Source: Candidatus Staskawiczbacteria bacterium
GTDB lineage: Bacteria > Patescibacteriota > Minisyncoccia > Minisyncoccales > Staskawiczbacteraceae
Direction of reading: 5' to 3'
Length of the DNA: 64,000 bases
Assembly: GCA_963756225.1 (NCBI GenBank)
Contig: CAVWMZ010000004.1
Coordinates: 3,412-67,411 of the forward strand
Under the pieces are notes generated by a model, which saw only the letters and a program-made list of their open reading frames with translations, was not told the DNA's origin and made no database searches. Shown here piece by piece: positions 51,099-60,921 of the stretch (the first letter of the stretch is position 1; each line of letters starts with the position of its first letter). The position numbers and the translations under genes were made by a program.

Positions 51099-51204
51099 AA
51101 ATTGTTTAATAAATATATTATATCAAATATAAATTGATATGCAAATTTTACAAAAAAAAGGGCGCGAATGCTGCTGCATCGCGCCATAACTTTAATTATT
51201 TTCC

Positions 51205-53043
51205 TTACGGAATTTTTTGTACCGCGCCTTCGCTGGCGCTTGTCACGAAGTAAGCATAGCGCTTAAGCTGACTGCTAACTTCGCGAGTCCTGTTTGCATT
51301 GCGGACTCCTTGGTGCAAGGCACACCTTTTTCTGTATGAAATTTTCTCTTCCGTCAGACGAACTCCTATTGTCCGGTTAGGGATATCATAAAAAATAATG
51401 TCGCCATTTTCGATATTTCCAATTAATCCCCCAGATGCGGCTTCGGGCGATATGTGACCAAAGCATGGGCCGGCCGTACCACCGGAAAATCTGCCATCGG
51501 TCAGCAAGAAGCAACTAGAAGCGAGCTCCGGCTTTGCCATAAGGTAAGTTGTCGGATAAAGCATTTCCTGCATACCAGGTCCTCCTTTAGGCCCCTCAAA
51601 ACAAATAACTACTGCATGTCCAGGCTTGACCGTGCCATCAAGAATTCCTTTAACGGCGGCCTCTTGGCTGTCGAAAATAATGGCTTTGCCTTCTCCAACC
51701 AACATAGATGGGTCCACTCCTGCTGTTTTTACAATGCACCCATCAGGGGCTAGATTGCCAAACATAACAGCAAGTCCGCCATCCTTCGAGTAGGCATGAT
51801 CAAGATCGCGAATGCAACCAGTCCGGCGGTTTTTATCCAAGAGAGGATGCCGATTTGACTGACAGCCCATTTCGGTTGTCCGGGAATGTCCGGGCGCACC
51901 AAAATAGAAACTTGCGCATCCTTCGTCGGAGTGCGACATCACGTCGTAGGCATCTATTAATTCTCCTAAATCATAGACACTGCAGAAATTAGGCGTTTCA
52001 AATTTACCAACATGGCTTACGCGCCTATTTAAGAGACCGCCGCGCGAGAGCTCAGCCATAATTCCCATAACGCCTCCAGCCCTATTCAAGTCCTCCATAT
52101 GATAGTGCGAACTCGGCGCAATTTTGCAAAGCACCGGGGTGCTGCGCGAAATTCTATCAATGTCCTTCATAGTAAAATCGACACCTGCTTCGCGTGCGAT
52201 TGCCAGAATATGCAAGACGGTATTTGTTGACCCACCCATTGCTACGTCCAACCTCATCGCATTTTTGAAAGATGATGGAATTACAATTGACCTCGGCAAG
52301 ACAGAAGTGTGTCCGTCAAGGTAATAGCTTTGCGCCATATTCACAATTGCTTCAGCGGCACGGTCAAATAATGCCAGCCGGTCTGAGTGAGTCGCGAGAA
52401 TGGTCCCGTTGCCGGGAAGAGCTAAACCAAAACCCTCGGCTAAGCAGCTCATTGAGTTAGCAGTAAACAATCCTGAGCACGATCCGCAAGTAGGACAAGC
52501 GCTTTTTTCAATTTGTTCAAGTCTAGCACCTGACGCTGTTTTGTCGGAGCCAGCCTTCATTGCCTCAATAAGATCAAGGCCGCCGTTGCCCGCCTCCATG
52601 GGGCCACCCGTAACCAATATTGCAGGAATGTTTAGGCGCATTATCGCCATCAACATGCCCGGAGTAATCTTGTCGCATCCCGAGATGCAAATGATCGCAT
52701 CCAGACGATGCGCGTTAACCATAGACTCCACAGAATCGGCAATCAGCTCGCGTGAAGGTAAAGAATACAGCATGCCGTCGTGCCCCATGGCGATACCGTC
52801 ATCGATGGCTATGGTATTAAACTCAGCGGCAAAAAATCCAAGTTCTTCAATCCGCTTCTTAATGCGCTGACCCACGTCATGGAGATGCACGTGCCCGGGC
52901 ACAAGTTGCGTGAAAAAATTAACGATTCCGATAATCGGCTTTCCAAACTGCTCTGACTTCATCCCATTCGCTCTCCAAAGAGCGCGCGAGCCAACCATAA
53001 GGTTGCCCACGGTAGTCGTATTGCTTCTCAGTGGTATTTTCAT
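51205..53043 (-). CDS. ilvD: Dihydroxy-acid dehydratase
   Basis: Strong colinear similarity to E. coli IlvD. Shared segments are [49 protein letters not shown] and [11 protein letters not shown]. The start was chosen at MKIPLRS with an AAGAAAGAGGTGG Shine-Dalgarno. Confidence 0.9.
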   Translation of the reverse strand: MKIPLRSNTTTVGNLMVGSRALWRANGMKSEQFGKPIIGIVNFFTQLVPGHVHLHDVGQRIKKRIEELGFFAAEFNTIAIDDGIAMGHDGMLYSLPSRELIADSVESMVNAHRLDAIICISGCDKITPGMLMAIMRLNIPAILVTGGPMEAGNGGLDLIEAMKAGSDKTASGARLEQIEKSACPTCGSCSGLFTANSMSCLAEGFGLALPGNGTILATHSDRLALFDRAAEAIVNMAQSYYLDGHTSVLPRSIVIPSSFKNAMRLDVAMGGSTNTVLHILAIAREAGVDFTMKDIDRISRSTPVLCKIAPSSHYHMEDLNRAGGVMGIMAELSRGGLLNRRVSHVGKFETPNFCSVYDLGELIDAYDVMSHSDEGCASFYFGAPGHSRTTEMGCQSNRHPLLDKNRRTGCIRDLDHAYSKDGGLAVMFGNLAPDGCIVKTAGVDPSMLVGEGKAIIFDSQEAAVKGILDGTVKPGHAVVICFEGPKGGPGMQEMLYPTTYLMAKPELASSCFLLTDGRFSGGTAGPCFGHISPEAASGGLIGNIENGDIIFYDIPNRTIGVRLTEEKISYRKRCALHQGVRNANRTREVSSQLKRYAYFVTSASEGAVQKIP

Positions 53044-53227
53044 AAACCACCTCTTTCTTGTTGTGCTGTGTCTTAATTGACAAAGTACGGTTTCCACTTG
53101 AAAACTTAACTTGATATTAACCTAAAAAATATAAAAGTCAATAATTAATCTATTGATTTTTGACCTTTAAAATACTAACATATAATCACTTTTGGACATT
53201 AACAATTTATAAAGGGAGGACAAACAT

Positions 53228-54166
53228 ATGCGCGATGAACCCTGCTTAGAGCAATACATTCCCCTAGATAAAGGATGGATAATCAGAATGGGTTTTTTGG
53301 ATTTGACGCGAGGATATGGTTTGAAAGATTTGATTGAGTTTCTAAACGGCCAAAATGATCTCGGCGGAGACGTAAGAGCATTAAGAATGGTTGCTGAGAG
53401 CTGGAAGGATGCATTTAAACCGCTCGATGTCGGCGAATCAAGAACGATTTACTGCCTTGTAAGATTTTATTTGTGGAAACAAGATGTTGACAGAAAAATC
53501 ATTACCAGGGGCACGCTTACAAAACGCGTTGAAGAAATGGAAGCGACTGCGAACATAGTTAGGTGGCCACTGGCGAGACTTTTAACTTTAGAAAAAGGCA
53601 CAAGCCAATGGGCCACCGCGGCCATCCTGTGTGGTAACACCGAAAAATTACCCGATATTTCTTTCTATCTACAAAAAACTTACGATGCTCTTTTACGGTG
53701 GACGTCTTGGAGGAAAAAAGGATTAATTTGGATGCCCCAAACAGATCCGACGCTGACGACTCAAGCTTTAGAATATATTTCCTTTTTGAAGACAGGCAAA
53801 ATTTTTATCCGGCCAAATCAACTCGGCGACTGCGATCTATATTGCTTCCTTCGCGCGTTCAATGCAATAACAAACGAAGAAGGACTAAAAATGTGGCCTC
53901 AGGTTCAAACTCACGAGAGCAACCGCATAGAGGAGATGGAACGGACGCTAAATGAGCTTTATACAGGTAAAATTATTATTTCGGACGATCATCGCGTCGT
54001 TCAGGCAAACGCAATGTTATTGCAATCCCTGTACATGTCTACCAACTCCCACAATTTAGGGACAGTAGTTGATATTGTAAAAAATAAATTTAATAATCCT
54101 GGTTGCGTAAATAAAACCTGGCCTAAATTTTGGGATTTCCTAAAAGATATTCATAAATTTTTATAA
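53228..54166 (+). CDS. Short, divergent EPSP-synthase (AroA/MurA) fold-like protein
   Basis: C-terminal HESNRIEEM, DDHRVVQANAMLL and NPGCVNKTWPKFWDFL parallel AroA KETDR, NDHRMAM and DPKCTAKTFPDYF. It is only 312 aa, and the N-terminal substrate-binding Lys-Ser motif is not conserved. Confidence 0.4.
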   Translation: MRDEPCLEQYIPLDKGWIIRMGFLDLTRGYGLKDLIEFLNGQNDLGGDVRALRMVAESWKDAFKPLDVGESRTIYCLVRFYLWKQDVDRKIITRGTLTKRVEEMEATANIVRWPLARLLTLEKGTSQWATAAILCGNTEKLPDISFYLQKTYDALLRWTSWRKKGLIWMPQTDPTLTTQALEYISFLKTGKIFIRPNQLGDCDLYCFLRAFNAITNEEGLKMWPQVQTHESNRIEEMERTLNELYTGKIIISDDHRVVQANAMLLQSLYMSTNSHNLGTVVDIVKNKFNNPGCVNKTWPKFWDFLKDIHKFL

Positions 54167-54180
54167 GACAATTAGCGGAT

Positions 54181-54210
54181 GTGGACTTGCGCAGGCAATG
54201 TCCACTTTTT
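54181..54210 (+). terminator. Intrinsic terminator
   Basis: GTGGAC/GTCCAC stem plus T6. Confidence 0.7.
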
Positions 54211-54261
54211 TATTGTAAAATTAGAAGCCTATTGTCGCATAATCGACAATTTGGTACAATA
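54211..54261. promoter_or_regulatory. Nested palindrome upstream of the LAGLIDADG gene
   Basis: Outer arms are TATTGTA (54211) and TACAATA (54255). Inner arms are ATTGTCG (54231) and CGACAAT (54244). The inner left arm plus spacer, ATTGTCGCATAAT, is a 1-mismatch variant of the recurrent motif in reverse orientation. Confidence 0.7.
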
Positions 54262-54288
54262 GTAATATATAAAAATAAATTTATTTTC

Positions 54289-54783
54289 ATGGCAAAAAAA
54301 ATTTTCAGCCTTGCGGAAATAGTAAACAATGATGGATGTTTTGATCTTCAATTTAGAAAAGACACAAGACACGAACGAACAAACTCCCCTACATATTATC
54401 GATGGAAAACGCAATTTATAGTAACCGCCTCCAAGGAAGATATAAAAACATTAGAAAAAATTAAAAAAATTATAGGTTGCGGCGAAGTCTCTATATCAAA
54501 GGAACAAGCAAGATTTTCTGTACAAAAAATAGATGATATTTCAGTAAATGTGGTTCCTTTCTTTAAAAAAAATCTGTTGGCCAACAAAAAGAAAAAAGAT
54601 TTCGAGCTTTGGGCAAAGGCAGTTGATATTATCCAAAAGAATAAAGGCAAGTATTTAAACGACTGGAAAAAAACCGACGTATGCAATCTCATAGAAATCC
54701 ATAAGTCGTCTGCCAAGTATAAAAACCGCCCAAGACAACCTAAGTGGCTAGAGATGGCGAGAACCTTCTGCCAGACAAGTTAA
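54289..54783 (+). CDS. Free-standing single-motif LAGLIDADG homing endonuclease (164 aa)
   Basis: SLAEIVNNDGCF (LAGLIDADG motif with the conserved Asp-Gly). Also IGCGEVS, VVPFFKKNLLANKKKKDFELWAKAV, and an I-CreI-like size. Confidence 0.75.
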   Translation: MAKKIFSLAEIVNNDGCFDLQFRKDTRHERTNSPTYYRWKTQFIVTASKEDIKTLEKIKKIIGCGEVSISKEQARFSVQKIDDISVNVVPFFKKNLLANKKKKDFELWAKAVDIIQKNKGKYLNDWKKTDVCNLIEIHKSSAKYKNRPRQPKWLEMARTFCQTS

Positions 54784-54793
54784 TGAAATAAAT

Positions 54794-54820
54794 AAAAAAT
54801 GAGGCTTAGCCTCATTTTTT
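54794..54820. terminator. Bidirectional terminator
   Basis: ATGAGGC/GCCTCAT stem flanked by an A-run and a T-run. Confidence 0.75.
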
Positions 54821-54832
54821 AGTACAATTAAA

Positions 54833-56660
54833 TTATTCCATATCATTCTTCTTTAAACCTGCCATACTCTGTCTTATTTCGATGGGTATGTCCGAATCAA
54901 GCGTTTTAAAATTTCCTTTTTTATCCACTCTTTTCGCAATTAAGTCGGCGCAACTATCAGAATGAGCCGAATCTATTAATCAGGGCCTTAACGGCTTCAA
55001 ATGTTTCATTATCTCCGTTTTCTTTCGCATTAAGAGCAAAGCCGTATAAAGAAAACAATTCTCTTCTCGTGTCTCTCTCGCTATAAGCCTTATGTCTATT
55101 AGATTCTGCCCCCTCGGCCATTTTTCTTAATTCCCCCAGTCGCTCCTCTGATTTTTTAATAACATCGGTCGGAGTCAAAGGATCATTTTCTTTAATGCCT
55201 ACCGCAGCTCTTTTTTTGTGAAGATCTTGATCTCTTAATAAAGATTCATATCCGTTTCTTTTATTATATATGCCATAAGTTCCATTAGAATATGCATTAT
55301 AAAGTTCATAGTCCCCGACAGAATCTATCCTAAATGGATTTTTTTCTATAACGGACGTGGCCAATTCTAATTTTTCTTCTTGGCTAATTTCTCGGCGCCT
55401 ATTAATTATATCTCCGAGAGAAAGCGGACTTACCGGTCGCCTCAAATGCGTCCTCTTTTTGATATGTTCTTCCATCTTCTCTGGTCTCAAGTTTTCCGTC
55501 AATATCAAACGGATATATTTTCCCGTCCTTTAAAGCGTATATCGGCAGATTTAAAGCTTCGGAGTATTTTTTCAACTCACCAATTCCTATTTGATCATAA
55601 TTTTTATCAAGTTGAGATAAATTAATATACAATCCAGCCACTTCTGGCCGCTCAACAACTATCTCATTGTATTTTCCATAATTCCTAGAATCAACGGGGG
55701 CATTTACCGCTTCTTCTAAACGATCCTCTATATTAGGTTGAATGCTTGTTCGTTCCATTTCTCTGTCATATTTCGATTTTCGGCTATACAAACTTTCAGC
55801 CAAGGTGCCAGAATCTTCCTTGTACGCACTCAAAATATTTCCTCCGCCAAGAATAACTCCAAATGTATAATATGTTTTTGCGTCTTTTTGACCTTCTTTA
55901 AGAATTGACGTTGAGATGGTCGGTTCTAAGCCCATCAACAAAGATAGCTTGTCTTGCGTACTCATTCCGGCGACTTTTAATGCTGGATTATTCTCGGCAG
56001 TATTATTCATATTTCTATTTTTTGTAGGAATTCCGTGCAAGAAAATATAACCTTTTTCTTTTGAGAGAGCTTCTACGTCGCGACTTTTTTCTTCTCCCTC
56101 AAAACTAGATTTTAAATCGGCCTGCTCTTTATAAAAGGCGTCCAGGGCAGACTTAGCTGCTTGAAGGGAGGATATGTCTAAAATTACGCTTTCTTCCTCT
56201 CCAATTATTCCCAACCTTTCCTCAATATCTTTTTTCACATCCTCAAGCTTTTTTCTTTAGGATCTAGCCCCAACTCTTCTTCTAGCTCAGCTTTATAAAA
56301 CATAGATGAAATTTTATACCACAAGCTGGCCTTCTTTTGCTCAATTTCGTCTTCCGTGCTTTCAACCTCTTGCTCTATTTGATCTTTCTCTCCTCGAAGA
56401 GTCTCTATTCTTTTTTCTTGCTCAGCAATATTTTTTTGTCGCTTGGGATTTCCTTTCTCTTTTTTAAAATATTGAAAACGCATCTCCCTTATCTCTTCTG
56501 CTAATTTTTGCCTACCGGCAAGCGAATATCTTTTGCTAAATTGCACTAATTCTGTGTGGCTATCCTTCGGCTCAAAATCAGCGCCGCTTTCAGCGGCTTC
56601 AAGACTTGAATCTCCATTTTGGATATCATCTTCTGGCGATAAAGTTTGAGGTTTTTCCAT
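54833..56660 (-). pseudogene. Large hypothetical coiled-coil-containing protein, read in several frames (about three frameshifts as sequenced)
   Basis: Track ORFs 56235-56660, 55402-56238 and 54957-55508, plus a tail at 54833-54970, abut or overlap in different frames. One junction is at an A6 run. No recognisable family. Confidence 0.4.
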
Positions 56661-56699
56661 ATTTTAATTTTACAAAATATTAAAATATTTATTAGTTTA

Positions 56700-57464
56700 G
56701 GCTCTAGACTAGCAAGACTAGTCAAAGTAGCCGATTAATTTAATAATATTTTTTAATAATTTTCCACAATTCTTTTTTCATTGTATCATTTGTTTTTCCG
56801 TAGCGCCACTCTGACTCTTTAAGATGCAGTTCGAAATTCTTTTTTACACCATTAAATTTAGCCAGTCGACGTTTGGTGAAGCTCCAGAAATTTTCAATGC
56901 CGTTGATGTGAATACCTGTACCTTTCCTTGCAAATTCATTGTCTCCGTGATTAACCCTGAAATGTTTGTCGTATCCTACATCAACAAGTCCGTCATAGCT
57001 ACGCCAGCTGTCCGAATAAATTACTGCTGATTTATCTACTTTCCCTCTGATAATGCTTTGCAGAATGTCTTTTTTACAGTTAGGAACAATTTCCGTGTAA
57101 ACATGTCCGTTGCGTTTCAGTATTCCGAACACCGGTTGCTTCTGCGTGCCTCGTCCGCGTTTCAGCTTGCCGTGAAATCCGCGTTTGCGCCTTGCTCCGA
57201 AATATGATTCGTCCACTTCCGCTTCACCGAAAATCTTTTCAAATTCTTTGTGCTGATGAGCATAAATTGCCACACGAAATCTGTTGTACCAGTAATTTAT
57301 CGTGTTGCGATTTACGCCCACCAGAGGAGCTGCTTTGGAGGCGTTAATATCCAAACAAAAGTGTTCAATAATTTTTTTAATTTTAAATGTCGATAATTTA
57401 GATTTTTTGAGACTATTTACTAACATTTTGTCATTATACCATGACAGACTGCTAGTCTAGAGCC
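56700..57464 (-). mobile_element. IS1595-family insertion sequence, copy 3
   Basis: Target duplication TAGTTTA at 56693-56699 and 57465-57471. The latter contains the uppS stop codon. Confidence 0.9.
56740..57426 (-). CDS. IS1595-family transposase
   Basis: Protein identical to copy 1. Confidence 0.8.
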   Translation of the reverse strand: MLVNSLKKSKLSTFKIKKIIEHFCLDINASKAAPLVGVNRNTINYWYNRFRVAIYAHQHKEFEKIFGEAEVDESYFGARRKRGFHGKLKRGRGTQKQPVFGILKRNGHVYTEIVPNCKKDILQSIIRGKVDKSAVIYSDSWRSYDGLVDVGYDKHFRVNHGDNEFARKGTGIHINGIENFWSFTKRRLAKFNGVKKNFELHLKESEWRYGKTNDTMKKELWKIIKKYY

Positions 57465-57468
57465 TAGT

Positions 57469-58158
57469 TTATTTTCCAAATCGCCTAGACCTTCTGTCAA
57501 ATTCTATAAGCGCCTCTATTAAATCTTGCTCATTAAAATCTGGCCAAAGTTTTGGAGAAAAATATAATTCAGCATATGCGGCCTGCCACAAAACAAAATT
57601 TGACATTCGCATTTCTCCTCCAGCTCGTATTATAAAATCTGGAGACGGCAACCCCACGGTTGATAGGTGGCTTTCAAATAACTTTTCGTCTATTTCTTCG
57701 GATGGAATTTTTTCGTTGATAATTTTCTTAACTGCATTTAAAATATCCCATTTGCCACCATAGCTTATCGCTAAATTCAAGAAAAGATTTACATTATCTT
57801 TTGTAGCTTCTTCTATTTTTTTAATTGCTTCTTGCAATGACTTTGGCAATCTTTCCCGCTGGCCAATTACTCTAACCCTTGTTCCATCTTTGTCATATTT
57901 TGATAAATTATCCAACAAACAATTTTCTAAAAGCTTCATCAAGTAATTAACCTCCTCTTCGCTTCTGTTCCAGTTCTCCGTTGAAAAACCAAAAGCCGTA
58001 AGGACTTTTACTCCCCTATTTTTGCACCATTCAGAAAAATCTAAAAGATTATTATATCCTTGTTTGTGTCCCTCAAGAGTATGCAGGCCTTTTTGTCTTG
58101 CCCAACGCCTGTTGCCATCAGGAAACAAGACTATATGTTGCGGAATGTGTTCTGTCAT
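57469..58158 (-). CDS. uppS: Isoprenyl transferase (undecaprenyl diphosphate synthase)
   Basis: FPDGNRRWA and the cis-prenyltransferase fold motifs. Confidence 0.9.
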   Translation of the reverse strand: MTEHIPQHIVLFPDGNRRWARQKGLHTLEGHKQGYNNLLDFSEWCKNRGVKVLTAFGFSTENWNRSEEEVNYLMKLLENCLLDNLSKYDKDGTRVRVIGQRERLPKSLQEAIKKIEEATKDNVNLFLNLAISYGGKWDILNAVKKIINEKIPSEEIDEKLFESHLSTVGLPSPDFIIRAGGEMRMSNFVLWQAAYAELYFSPKLWPDFNEQDLIEALIEFDRRSRRFGK

Positions 58159-58262
58159 TTTTGGTTTAAAATTTGTATCGGCTCTCTAAGTTGATATTTC
58201 GCAGTTATATATCCTGCGGCATATGCTAATAGAACCAATAGTATAATTATTATTGCGAGCAT
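58155..58262 (-). CDS. Hypothetical 35-aa single-TM peptide
   Basis: MLAIIIILLVLLAYAAGYITAKYQLREPIQILNQK. ATGA overlap with the uppS start. Confidence 0.35.
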   Translation of the reverse strand: MLAIIIILLVLLAYAAGYITAKYQLREPIQILNQK

Positions 58263-58376
58263 TATGTCATTAAAATGTCCTTTGACAAACTCTTTTATTT
58301 CTGATAACATACTAATATATAAAAGTAACCGCTCATTACATAGCCGTAATTATGCGGAATTTAAAAATATAAAACA

Positions 58377-58676
58377 ATGTCAAAAACTAAACAAGGAGGA
58401 ACATCTAGGCTGGGAAGAGATTCGGCCGCTCAAAGGCTTGGAATTAAAATCACAGCTGGTCAAAAAGTTAAAACCGGGATGATTATTGTCAGACAGCGTG
58501 GCACAAAATTCCTTTTAGGTAAAAACGTTAAGAAAGGATCTGACGATACCATATACGCGATGAAGGATGGATTGGTAAAATTTTCTTCTAAAACGAAAAA
58601 GGTTTTTAATGGAACGAGAAGAACTGCTAAAATAGTTTCTGTTGAAAACTCAAAGGTTGCCCCTAAGGCTAAATAA
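58377..58676 (+). CDS. rpmA: 50S ribosomal protein L27
   Basis: GGTSRLGRDSAAQRLGIK..GMIIVRQRGTKF. Confidence 0.9.
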   Translation: MSKTKQGGTSRLGRDSAAQRLGIKITAGQKVKTGMIIVRQRGTKFLLGKNVKKGSDDTIYAMKDGLVKFSSKTKKVFNGTRRTAKIVSVENSKVAPKAK

Positions 58677-58685
58677 GATATTTTA

Positions 58686-58710
58686 AAAACCGCCCGATCG
58701 GGCGGTTTTT
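58686..58710. terminator. Bidirectional terminator between rpmA and pyrG
   Basis: ACCGCCC/GGGCGGT stem with an A-run and a T-run. Confidence 0.75.
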
Positions 58711-58712
58711 AG

Positions 58713-60365
58713 TTATTTATTTTTTACTGCCGCCTCGATAAATCTCTTAAACAAAGGATGGGGCTTTAAGGGTCTAGACTTAAATTCTGGATGAAATTGA
58801 GTTCCCACAAAAAATGGATGATCTTTTATTTCAATTATTTCCACTAAATTTTTTTTAGGGTTAATGCCGGCAACCGTAAGACCACTTTTCTTAAGCAAAT
58901 CCAAATAGTCATTATTTACCTCATATCTATGTCGATGTCTCTCGGAAATCATATATGGACCCTTATCCGTCTTAACCCAATCTTTATAGGCTACGTGGCT
59001 TATCGTGCCCTCCTGAATCTGACAGTCATATGCTCCAAGTCGCATAGTGCCTCCATAATTTTTTTCTTTTAACAATTCCTTCTGTTCTTTCATCACATCA
59101 ATTACTGGGTTTTTAGAATTTTTATCAAACTCCCTCGACGTTGCATCTTTTATACCGGCAACGTTTCTAGCAAACTCTATTACCGACAGTTGAAGTCCAA
59201 GACATAGCCCAAAAAATGGTATTTTATTTTTTCTGCAATATTCAATGACTTTTATTTTTCCCTCTACTCCTCTGGTTCCGAAACCTCCAGGAACTATTAT
59301 GCCGTCGAATTCTTTTAATTCTTTTAATTTCTCAGGCTTCTTTTCATATATATCCGAATCCAACCATTCTATAATTGGTTTTTGTCCCCAAAAATATGCT
59401 GCATGCTTTACTGACTCTAACACTGATATATATGAATCTGTTAAAATAAAATCTCCGCTGCCAAAATATTTCCCTACGATTCCTATTTTAACTTCGCCCT
59501 TAGGATTTTTTATAGTATTAACAAATGTCCGCCATTCCTTTAGATCTTTAATTTTTGGCTTTAGGGATAGTTTTTTAAAAATTCGCTCGCCTATGTTATC
59601 CTTTTCAAAATTTATTGGTATTTCATAAATGCTCTCTACGGTTGGAGCAGAAACGACATCTCCTTCTTCAAGGCCACACATAAATTGAATTTTTTCTTTT
59701 CTTTTTTGATCAAGGGGAACATCTGCCCTGCCCAAAATAATATCAGGCTGTATACCGACAGAATTTAAATCTCTTACAGCATGCTGCGTAGGTTTAGTTT
59801 TTAATTCAGTTCCGCCTGCCCCCAAACTTGGAATAAAGCTTACCAAAACGACTATGACGTCCTTCGGTCTTTTCAATTTTAACAACCTTATGGCTTCCAA
59901 AAAAAGAAGGTTCTCATACTCTCCGACGGTTCCACCAATTTCCGTAATTACAATTTCTGCCTTTTCTTTTTTAGCAGCATTATTAATTCTGTCTATTATT
60001 TCTAATGGAATCCTTGGGACAACTTCAACCTGTTTACCGCCATACTCCATTCTACGCTCTTTGTTTATAACGGAAAGATAAACACTTCCCGTTGTCATAT
60101 AGTTGGCGCTCGACAAACTTGTATCTAAAAATCTTTCATAATTTCCCATATCCTGATCGCATTCCATGCCGTCATCTAAAACGAAAACTTCCCCATGTTC
60201 AGTGGGGTTCATTGTACCGGCGTCAACGTTTACATATGGATCTATTTTAATGGCAGTGACACTAAAACCGCTTGATTGGATAATTTTTGCGATCGATGCG
60301 GCTGCCACTCCTTTCCCTACGCCAGACATTACGCCGCCGGTAACGAAAATATATTTTGTGGGCAT
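58713..60365 (-). CDS. pyrG: CTP synthase
   Basis: TGGVMSGVGKG N-terminus and a glutamine amidotransferase domain with GLCLGLQ. Confidence 0.95.
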   Translation of the reverse strand: MPTKYIFVTGGVMSGVGKGVAAASIAKIIQSSGFSVTAIKIDPYVNVDAGTMNPTEHGEVFVLDDGMECDQDMGNYERFLDTSLSSANYMTTGSVYLSVINKERRMEYGGKQVEVVPRIPLEIIDRINNAAKKEKAEIVITEIGGTVGEYENLLFLEAIRLLKLKRPKDVIVVLVSFIPSLGAGGTELKTKPTQHAVRDLNSVGIQPDIILGRADVPLDQKRKEKIQFMCGLEEGDVVSAPTVESIYEIPINFEKDNIGERIFKKLSLKPKIKDLKEWRTFVNTIKNPKGEVKIGIVGKYFGSGDFILTDSYISVLESVKHAAYFWGQKPIIEWLDSDIYEKKPEKLKELKEFDGIIVPGGFGTRGVEGKIKVIEYCRKNKIPFFGLCLGLQLSVIEFARNVAGIKDATSREFDKNSKNPVIDVMKEQKELLKEKNYGGTMRLGAYDCQIQEGTISHVAYKDWVKTDKGPYMISERHRHRYEVNNDYLDLLKKSGLTVAGINPKKNLVEIIEIKDHPFFVGTQFHPEFKSRPLKPHPLFKRFIEAAVKNK

Positions 60366-60366
60366 A

Positions 60367-60843
60367 TTATTCTTCTATTTTATCGTCTGCAGCAGTACCC
60401 GTAGCCGCAGCAATAATTACTTTTATCTCTGCTTCTAAATTATGCTCTAAAGTTATGCTTACGGGAAATTCTCCAAGATCTTTAATGGGGCTTTCTAGTT
60501 TAACCTGCGTTTTTTTAATTTCAAATCCCATTTCCTTTAATTTCTCGGCAATTTTTTGATTATTTATTGATTCAAAGAGTTGTCCTTCATCTCCAACCCT
60601 TACTGCAATATTTAACTCCAAGCCATCAAGACCTGAAGCCAATGCTTGCGATTTCTTTAAATCTTCTTCCGCCTTTTGTTCTATAACTTCTTTTTGATCG
60701 GACAACCATTTTAAACCTTGTTTAGTTGCGGCTCTTGCTAATTTTTCTGGCAATAAAAAATTTCGGGCATGACCATTTTTTACATCTTTTACTTCATATT
60801 TTTTACCAAGACCTTCAACGTCTTGCAAGAGAATCACTTTCAT
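60367..60843 (-). CDS. rplI: 50S ribosomal protein L9
   Basis: MKVILLQDVEGLGKKYEVKDVKNGHARNFLLP. Confidence 0.9.
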   Translation of the reverse strand: MKVILLQDVEGLGKKYEVKDVKNGHARNFLLPEKLARAATKQGLKWLSDQKEVIEQKAEEDLKKSQALASGLDGLELNIAVRVGDEGQLFESINNQKIAEKLKEMGFEIKKTQVKLESPIKDLGEFPVSITLEHNLEAEIKVIIAAATGTAADDKIEE

Positions 60844-60921
60844 GTTTTTGGATTTATATTTTTTTTAATTCCGAGAATTACAATTATGCAATTAGCGGTT
60901 TTTTTAATATATATTTATATA

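Noticed and set aside
50866-51187. 5' extension of the metK track ORF, and ORF 51002-51187
   Set aside because: The region is occupied by the SAM-I riboswitch and its terminator.
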